A DNA stretch of 64,000 nt from Octopus bimaculoides (lineage: Eukaryota), in contig NC_069000.1 of NCBI RefSeq assembly GCF_001194135.2, positions 3,337,159-3,401,158 on the forward strand. The letters are read 5' to 3'. Below, piece by piece: positions 55,251 to 64,000 of the stretch (positions are counted from its first letter, which is position 1; the number at the start of each line of letters is the position of its first letter). The notes below the pieces were generated by a model that saw nothing but the letters and a program-made list of their open reading frames with translations, was not told the origin of the DNA and made no database searches. A program made the translations under genes and the position numbers.

Positions 55251-58200
55251 ATCAATTTGTCATGTGTGTATGCGCGTGTGTTCAATATATAGCTAAAGAG
55301 CCAAATATACCATTGGTGCTTGTTTTTTTAATCTCCAGGTCCCTCTTTTTTCACCTTAGTGTTTACCGCAAAACATAACCAAATCGATTTTACTTTTCCC
55401 TTTTCATCGTTGCGGAAATTATTAAACTATAAAAGTGCCAGTAAAATACTTGTTCCGTTTCATGTTTTCACCATACCTATTAACTCCTGCCAAAAATACT
55501 GTTCCTATTGGAAAGACAGCATTATTATCATCATGACGTGTGCCAGAGGGTATAAATTTACTGTTCATCCCCTCTCTCTCTTTCTCATCCACACTCTTCT
55601 CCTCCTTGTCTTTGTTTCTGTCTCACCCCAGACTCGATAACGTAAGTAGTCTAACCTGATAATTGTTGGCATCTTTTGTAAAGATGAGAATGCGACGCAC
55701 TTTTCAACTCAGTTTTGCATCAGATTTCAACGTACTGTTAGCTAATTATATCAAGATGCGCTTATATATAAATATGTGTGTGTATTTGTTTGTGTGCACA
55801 CACACACTTATGTGTGACCTATATAACAGATATAAAAACAGGGCAAATTTAGCTATTTCTCAGCAGATTGAAGAAATGGTGAACAGCGTCATTCGGTTTT
55901 CGATCCTTATTGGGCTCTCATCAGAGGTTTCTATTTCTTTGACTAATCCCAGGGAAACGAGCTGTCAACCTGTTTATATACTCAACAGATCCAGTAGCTG
56001 CAGAAAACTGGAGCTACTCATTTGTGTACCAGAAGTTTGTAATATTTTATTTATTGTCAGGGGCCTACCAACGCTTGTATTTTTGCTGCTCTCTCATCAA
56101 TCGTGTGAACAGTTGGAACCGAGAAATACATATACACGCATATACAGCTTGATCGATAGATAGATCCCTAACTGAACCACATCTAATATCTGAGTTGATG
56201 TTATTAAAGAACAGGAAATGTGAGTGAGAGAGGGAGAGAGAGAGAGGGAGAGAGAGAGGGAGAGAGAGAGAGAGAGCACTTGTGGGTCAGCTGAAAAGCA
56301 ACGAGGAAAGATTGAACAGAATACAGCAACAGAAGGACGAAAATGGAAAGAAAGCAACTAAGCACACGCACACCCAGAATTACGATAACAAACAGCAACG
56401 ACATAAATAATATAAACGTTACCAAAAGATAATCGATAATGCCTGAGACATGTATGGTAAATAAATCAAAAGATAATTAGATCAATCAATTATAAGTGAT
56501 TGCAATAATTCGGAAACGAAAAATGAAAAAAAAAAAAAGGAAAAGTAATATTTTTTTTTTAAATATGGAATAAAGAAGTAAATAGAAATAATTCCTTTGT
56601 TACAGAAACAAAACTGGAACGAAAAAATATGGGGAAATTCTAAGTCAAACAAAATGGTAACGAAGTTCGATTTGAACTCATGAGGACTCGGGGTTCGATT
56701 TCATTGCGAAGATTCTCTTGGCAAGTGACATTTTTCGTAGTCTTCGATCACGTCACGCCATACAATATATCAGATTTGCGGAGTACTCAGCAACTATCTC
56801 TCTCTCTCTGGCTACTCTAATCGTCTATGTAGTCCTCATTTCTTGCATTGAACGACACAGATACGCATTCACTAAAAGCTTCTACACGGCTTCCGTGTAT
56901 CACATTCAAACTATACGGCTTTGGGTAATCGCAGGCTACAGGGCCGAGCACATTGGGATTTAAGGAGAAACCTCGTCCTTTAGTAACAAACTTGTTAAGC
57001 CACAGAGTTGCCTCCATACATTCGCTGGTTGACATTTTAATGATTCTGCAGAGTCAACAATGTGAGTGACAACCGTTTTGAAATGCCGGCCGGATATGAG
57101 TAATATGGCTTAAATATTCAAACGGAACGGTCAATGACTGCTGCTGCTGTTGTTGTTGTTGTAATTGCTGCTGCTGCTGTTGTCATCGTTTACGATGTTT
57201 TTGTTGCTATCATTTTCTTTCTTTTTAATATTGCTCTTCTTATTCTTGTTGTCGTCGTTATTGTTTAGCCCAACCATCCGTTCAAAACTGATCGATCTTA
57301 TGTCTGATCGATCAGTTCCAACTTGATCGAACATCCTTATGATCAAAAGCGATCATGGAGCGTAATAGTCGATTCAACCGACACTAACCAAATTTTGACT
57401 GAGGAATGGAAGGACCAATGGATGAACCCCTATTCGGTCATTTGGCCTGCTAAAAATAGCAACCAAAGTGCCTTGAATTCGCTCACTTCCATATTTACAG
57501 GAAGTTAACGACCACATGACAAGAAGATAACCACACGATTGGAAGTTAACTACGTGACAAAGTATGCTTACATGTACCTAAGAGACAAGATTGCCACGGA
57601 AGAAATGCATTTCATTTTAGGTATGTTCCATGAAAAGCACTTTCCGTCTACCCAAACTTTATTCAGAAGAAATGTGACTATTCATACTATAGAAAGCGTA
57701 ATTTACCCCCAAAAGCTCCACTGTGGGATCGGATTCAAACAGCGTTCTTACGAGGCGAAACACAATTATGCGGCCATACTGTATCAGCATGTAAAAATGT
57801 ACGACGCAATTCTAGTATTTCGACATGCTGATTCTGTCTTCGAAATGGTTGTAAATTTTATATATATATATATATATATATGCGTGAGTGAGCGCGTGCG
57901 CATGTGTTTGTATGCATGTGTGTGTTTCTATACAATTACATGGTTAGAAACAGAAAACAAATTTTAAAGATGGAGAAATTGGCAAATAATGGTATAAAAA
58001 CAAGACAGAAAATATGGAAGAATGTATAGAAATGAAGAAAGAGACGGGAATGAAAGAAAGACAGGAACGAAATAAGAAAAAAAAGATGATAAAAATGGTG
58101 AAGGAAGAACGATGCTAAGATAGAATTACAAAAGACATGAAAGAATGCAAAGCAAAGCAGAAGCCGAAGTATAAGAAAGACGGAGAGAGACAAGACATTG

Positions 58201-59014
58201 CTAAAACGGTGATAAAATCAAGGAATTTGAAAAGGAATGAATGAAAAAAAAAAAGACAGAAAGAAAGAAGACGAGGGGAATAGAAAGGAATGCGAGGACG
58301 GACAGATCGATTATTGGTGAATGTGTTTGGGAATGGTAGTGGGGAAAATGGGAAGAATTGAATGGTATGATGAAAGTGTATTTGTTCTGTTCAATGGCCG
58401 ACTGCTTGGCTGAACTCATAACGAGGCTCAGTATAACGAGAGAAAGACTGACGCTCTGGCAACGAAACTGTTTTCCTTTAACGTATTGGAGCATCTGTGA
58501 GTGCACGTGTGCGCGCGGGCGCATGTGGGTTTGCGTATATTGGCGCATATGTGAGCCTAGGTATGTATGAATGTCGATGTGGTGCAGTTTCTGAGACCGT
58601 GTTTATGTGTATTTAGGTTAGGTTAGTGTGTGTGTGTGTGTGTGTGTGTGCGCTGCATATGCGTATGCATATATGTGTGTACGTACGTACGTATGTATGC
58701 ATTTGTGTATGTATATATATGTGTATGAGAATAGATAGGTATGTGGGCGTGCTTCTTGGCTTCCTGATTTGTTTGTGTTTCTGGATATTTATTCTATGTC
58801 TAATAGAACGGAATACAGCCGACACTCAGACAGACACATTCACAGGCAAACATACACACACACACACATATACGTGCGTGTGTAAACGCACGCACAAGTG
58901 TATCGAGACAGGAGGGAGAAGAGATGTAGGTGAAGTAGAATTAAAGTTAGAAAATGTATATATAATAAACACACATGCCTGTAAACTAAACATGTATATA
59001 TACGTGTACATGTG

Positions 59015-59377
<363 letters not shown>

Positions 59378-59829
59378 CGATCAGTGAAAGGAGAAACATT
59401 CTAAGTGCCAAGTATAAGATAGACAGAAACAGCGAGATACAGACTGAGAATGAGAGAGAGATTGAGTGGGGGAGTGGAGCAGAGACAGAGATAGTGGAGG
59501 TAGAGTAACCTTCATGATATACACATGTTTGTTCGCATTAAACTTGCTTTTATTGACTTCGACTTGTCTGTCGTTGATGTTGTTGTTCTGGTTATTGTTA
59601 TTGTCTTACCCCCACTCCACCTGATCATGCTGACATCATTGATCTAAAACATTCCAGGCGTGAACATTCCTTGTTCCGCCTGCCACACGCCTTACTACCA
59701 ACAGTTATGAAGTATATCTAAGAATGCATTATCTCATGTATCATTCGTTTCTTATATTAAATCCCATGGAACATGTTTTGAACGATTTTTGGTTGCTATT
59801 TCTAGCGGGTTGGTTACTTGTTTTAGTTA

Positions 59830-60185
59830 TTAGATTACGGTCACGATGAGGCACCACCTTGGATTTTTTTACTCAAACGAATCAATCCCAGACCTTTTTA
59901 TTTAAGCAGGGCATTTTGCTATTTGTGTCTTTTGCCGGACCACTAAGTTACGAGGACGTAAACAAACCAGGTTGCTAAGCGGTGTAGTGGGGAACAAACA
60001 GGCAGACACACACACACACACACGGCGTGCGAGCTTCTTTCACTTTTACTTTCAGTTTACCAAATCCTCTCACAAAGATTTAATCGGTCATAGGCTATAG
60101 CGGAAGACAGTTGACCAAAGTCCCGCGCTGGTGGAACTGAACCCGGAACCATGTGGTTTGGGAAAAAACTTACCACACATCTGCT
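59830..60185 (-). mobile_element. SINE family B copy. Other partial copies lie at about 870-965, 15160-15240, 17925-18105, 25575-25760 and 45347-45495.
   Basis: ccactaagttacgaggacgtaaac...ggaactgaacccggaaccatgtggtttggg...ttaccacac. Confidence 0.8.
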
Positions 60186-60897
60186 TACAGATTGCATATG
60201 TAATGTGTTAGCAGTTTTTATTTTTTGATTAAAACCCAAGCTTTTCCATACTGCAGTTAGTATAAACCTAAGGGCCAATCAATTATTATTGTCACAGATG
60301 CAAATTTATAATCCGGAAGTGAGTGAGTGTGAGTGTGAGTGTGTGTGTGAGTGTGTGTGTGAGTGTGTGTGTGTGTGTATAATTGGGCATAAGTGTGTGC
60401 GCATGTGAGTGGCAGCGAAAATGTGTAGCGGTATACATATAGTAATAACGGCGGAGTTTTCAGATTTATTTCTACAAGAGTGAAGCGTACATGGTGCTTC
60501 TGCTCATGAGCTCATGGGCACTAGGGTGTAAGTTCGTACTCGAAATCGCATAGGCACTTGCAGCAACTAGCGAAAACGTAGTCATAGTCATTCGCTAATT
60601 ATTAGTCTGTTCATTAAAGATGGTGGTATTCAGACCAAAGTAATCCGTGGCTAAACAAAAATGCAATCGAACGCATGTCATCCGTAACCATCTCGTCTGT
60701 TCCGTACAGGCAATGCAGGTGCACATTGTTCAAACGACCGTAAACGGAGAAAAAGCGTTATTTGAAAGGTGTGCGGCTACTATTTTTAGCAGATTAATCG
60801 TCCACGTAGTATTTCCCCCGTCGGTTCTGCTTTTTCTGCGTTGGAAAGAAACTGAGACGATGATAAAATGAGAAAAATTAATCGTGTACCTGCAGGA

Positions 60898-60976
<79 letters not shown>

Positions 60977-61235
60977 TGTGTGAGGAGGGTTTTATGAGTG
61001 CGTATATATGCATAAGTGTATGTTTGTGTTACTGTTTTTATGCGTCTGTGTATAAGTGTCTGATGGGTTGTATATAAGCGTGTGTCTAGCCGTGTGTGGT
61101 GGTATCTAAATCTACGTCGATTAAGTGTTTGAAATGAGAGGAATCAGGAAGAGAAATGAGGATGATATAAAGAATGAAAGAGAAAGAGAGACAGAGAGAG
61201 AGAGAGAAAGACAAAGAGAGAGAGAGAGAGAAATA

Positions 61236-61273
<38 letters not shown>

Positions 61274-61295
61274 AGAACGGAGATAAAGATATTAC

Positions 61296-61327
61296 GTGTG
61301 GAGATGTGAAGCAACTTCTGTTTTGGC
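61296..61327 (-). CDS. Candidate coding exon 2: (Q)PKQKLLHIST, phase 2 to 1
   Basis: Acceptor tactctccaccccacag and donor CAC|gtaata. Its 32 nt bridge exactly the phase-2 end of exon 1 to the phase-1 start of exon 3. Confidence 0.45.
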
Positions 61328-62001
61328 CTGTGGGGTGGAGAGTATACACACACACATGTACGTATGTATGTTAGCGTGTATGAGTGTAAGCGATTCTTAA
61401 GCGTGTCTGTGTGATTGGATTTAATTCTATTTATGTGTTACGTTTATAAGCGAGATGGAAAAGGAGCCGAGTGATTATCAAAAAATATCGACGTGTGCAA
61501 AGGCGCTTTCAACATCTGTGTCTGTATACGTGTACGAGAGCCTCTGTACGTATAAATGTCTAGCCACACACACACACACACATATGTGCATGAGAGAGAG
61601 AGAGAGAGAGTTATATGTGTGAAATAAAGAGATGGTAGGAGACAGATAGGGAGAAGAAATACAGAATAAGCAAGAGAATTACGTGTTAGGTGTGTATGGG
61701 TGTTCTTATATCCGTGTAATAATACAGAAGATGAGAGGCTGAATGAGATAGGCGTTTTAGGTTTAAAAACTGCATATATATGGATTTGGATACATATGTT
61801 TGTATGTATGTACATAGGTCTGTTATTTATTTATAATCTTTGTTTTTGAGAATATATAAGAAACTCTATAAACGTGTATGGTAGAACTTCATATGATTAT
61901 TTGCAAATGTATTTAACGGTGTATATCTGCGAGTATGTACTTCAATATATTTTATTTTATTTTAATGTGAGTAATATGTCTGTGCATGTGTTTGTGTAAT
62001 A

Positions 62002-62046
<45 letters not shown>

Positions 62047-62194
62047 CATACATATATATATTACATACATGTGTATATATATAATTTTGTTCGACGAGCT
62101 AACAATTTTGAAGGCAATATAAATTGAAATACCTATCAGTAATGGCTTTGGTGAAACAAGTACATAATGGAAACCAAAGCTGGAAGAAACATCT

Positions 62195-62400
62195 GGTTGT
62201 TATTGTTTAACCCCAGGTCAGGCCTTATTGAGCTAGAATGCTAATCAACATCAACGAGATTTTCTCGATAACCATCCCTCCCGCCTTTCAGTTAGACAAA
62301 ATATATCTATGTTTGAATTATCTAATATGTCCTTTGTTTACTGAAATTTTGTCTAACAGTAAGCAGATTTAACTGCTATTTCTAGCAACTTTAATGACGA
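62195..62400 (+). mobile_element. Dispersed repeat family C (gtttaaccccaggtca...atttggctgctatttctagcag). Other copies lie at about 16290-16520, 40880-40930, 43555-43780, 49255-49430, 57390-57530 and 59590-59815.
   Basis: The motif (g/a)ctgctatttctagca(g/a) and its flanks recur on both strands. Confidence 0.6.
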
Positions 62401-63194
62401 CTTAAATATTTCCCTCTCTTCCATTCGTTTTTGTTTCTTGACAGGAAAAAATACATTGATGCAGATCGAAAATTTGATTCGTTAGAAAGCTGTATGAAGA
62501 AGAGAATCCAAAAATTTTGAGCATACAGAGTCCTTAGTCGGTGTTTACATTTACTTTAATTTGTTTATGTTAACACTCAAAATATAGTTTACCTATATTC
62601 TCAACGAAAATATAGGTAAACTATATTTTCACAGCTTAGATAAACACATTAACAGCACCCCCTCTCTCCTCCTCTCTCTGGCACAGACCTACTGTGCTTG
62701 TCAACAAGTCTTGCCTCATTCCAAGCACTCTGACATCTCAGCACATCCGAAACGTTGAACTTAGAGAAGAGAATGTCACAAGACATTTACCAGCCGAGTA
62801 TTTAGGTTTATTGACAAAAAGAAGACTGACGCTTCTTTGAGTTTGTAGAAAATGGAAATTTTGGTGACTGCCGAAATCTCCACCAGCCCTCGTCGCTGAT
62901 TTTTCATATTTTGTCACTACTGTAATAGACGGAACATTATAATAGCATGCTATTGTCTGCAGCTTTATAAGCTGTTTACATGCTTCGACATTCGCTACTC
63001 AAAACCTTCGTTTTGGGATCACAGCTACTTTATTATCTCCCCTTCTTCCTAGCTCTCCTGTGTGACCCCTCTGTNNNNNNNNNNAATTTTTGTACTAAAG
63101 CAGGAATTGGTTGGCACGTTATATTAGAAGACAATTGCTGTACTGTAGGCCTGAAACCGAGACTACGTTGTTGTACCACCCTGCCTACACTTAC

Positions 63195-63262
63195 TGCACA
63201 GCTACGCAATGTAGATCTTGCGAACAAAGTGCTTCATTCCCAAATGACTTTGTAGCAAACAA
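63195..63262 (-). CDS. Candidate coding exon 1 (within the window) of a minus-strand secreted Cys-rich protein: LFATKSFGNEALCSQDLHCVAV, phase 0 to 2
   Basis: Acceptor gtgttgttttttttag and consensus donor GCA|gtaagt. Only one of three frames is open across the 68 nt. The sequence reads like the end of a signal peptide (SFG) followed by C-x5-C. Confidence 0.55.
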
Positions 63263-63701
63263 CTAAAAAAAACAACACGCGTAGCAGTACTTGTTGATAC
63301 TGCAGAAACCTGTATGAAACTGTAGAAAACTTAAAAAACACGATGAAAGTAAATATATTCTGTACTACATATATTGGTAAGGCATAAATACGAGATAATT
63401 TATGCAATAACTTTGTAAGAATATGTGCCGTTTCCGCTTTTCAAAATGTGACTAACGTAATGAAATATATAAAATGTCAGTTGTGAATCCTAACATGTGT
63501 AGTTACTAAGTTTATCTCAAAATAGGCGCCACCGATATGCACAGAATGAGAGAAATCTGAGATGCGTAGTGAGATATACACACACACACACATCTCTCTC
63601 TACATATATATATATATATATACATACACACACACACACAATCTGAAATATATACATATGCACACACATACAAAGCCAAAATTACATTCCAATACACACC
63701 C

Positions 63702-63743
<42 letters not shown>

Positions 63744-64000
63744 TTCTTTATTAGCCACACAGGGCTCAACACAGAGGGGACAAAATACAAATGTAGAGTT
63801 TTTCTTTTCGAGGGGGTCGAAAACAAAGCAGAAAAAAAAAACAAAAGTGGGGACAACGATGAAAAAAAAAACATCGCAAAACGTTTGGGGTATTTACAAA
63901 AAATACGAAATAATACAAAAAATTCCCAATAAATGGGGAGGTTATCCGTGGAAAGAAAAACCTACGAAAAGACCACGGTAACCTCGGTCTTTAGCGTCAC

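Noticed and set aside
58201-58548. Signal-peptide-like ORF (MLQYVKGKQFRCQSVSLSLVILSLV) and the opposite-strand MADCLAELITRL..|gtgagt
   Set aside because: The minus version has no credible donor and the plus version has no phase-compatible partner.

Overview
AT-rich eukaryotic genomic DNA from a gapped draft assembly (10 N-runs), dense in microsatellites (AT, GT, GA, GATA) and short interspersed repeats. The repeat families match my recollection of octopus tRNA-derived SINEs and MITEs, so the source is probably a coleoid cephalopod (inference; no search was run). The supplied ORF track is essentially all microsatellite or gap artefact. Reading splice signals by hand gives a phase-consistent chain of 7 small minus-strand exons spanning almost the whole window: 63262-63195, 61327-61296, 23977-23908, 14582-14564, 11867-11725, 9001-8922 and 7616-7554. 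They join to LFATKSFGNEALCSQDLHCVAVQPKQKLLHISTQLFGRTTKVRVCKETNNCQAVIERFLAICKTRSVYYSDQNYQITEFQRAMDPSVTDVQQRDNSRISHQRFVEYLWLFRFACSKHFHKFVRNAHACFQT*SQPLFHCKISLFLKPATLWDINTFDF. This looks like a secreted, Cys-rich protein whose first exon lies beyond the window. The most notable feature is one in-frame UGA (8938-8940) inside an exon that stays in frame into the next exon. It could reflect A-to-I recoding to Trp, readthrough or selenocysteine, a nonsense allele, an assembly error, or a genuine stop. No CRISPR array, rRNA, credible tRNA gene or intact transposase was found.
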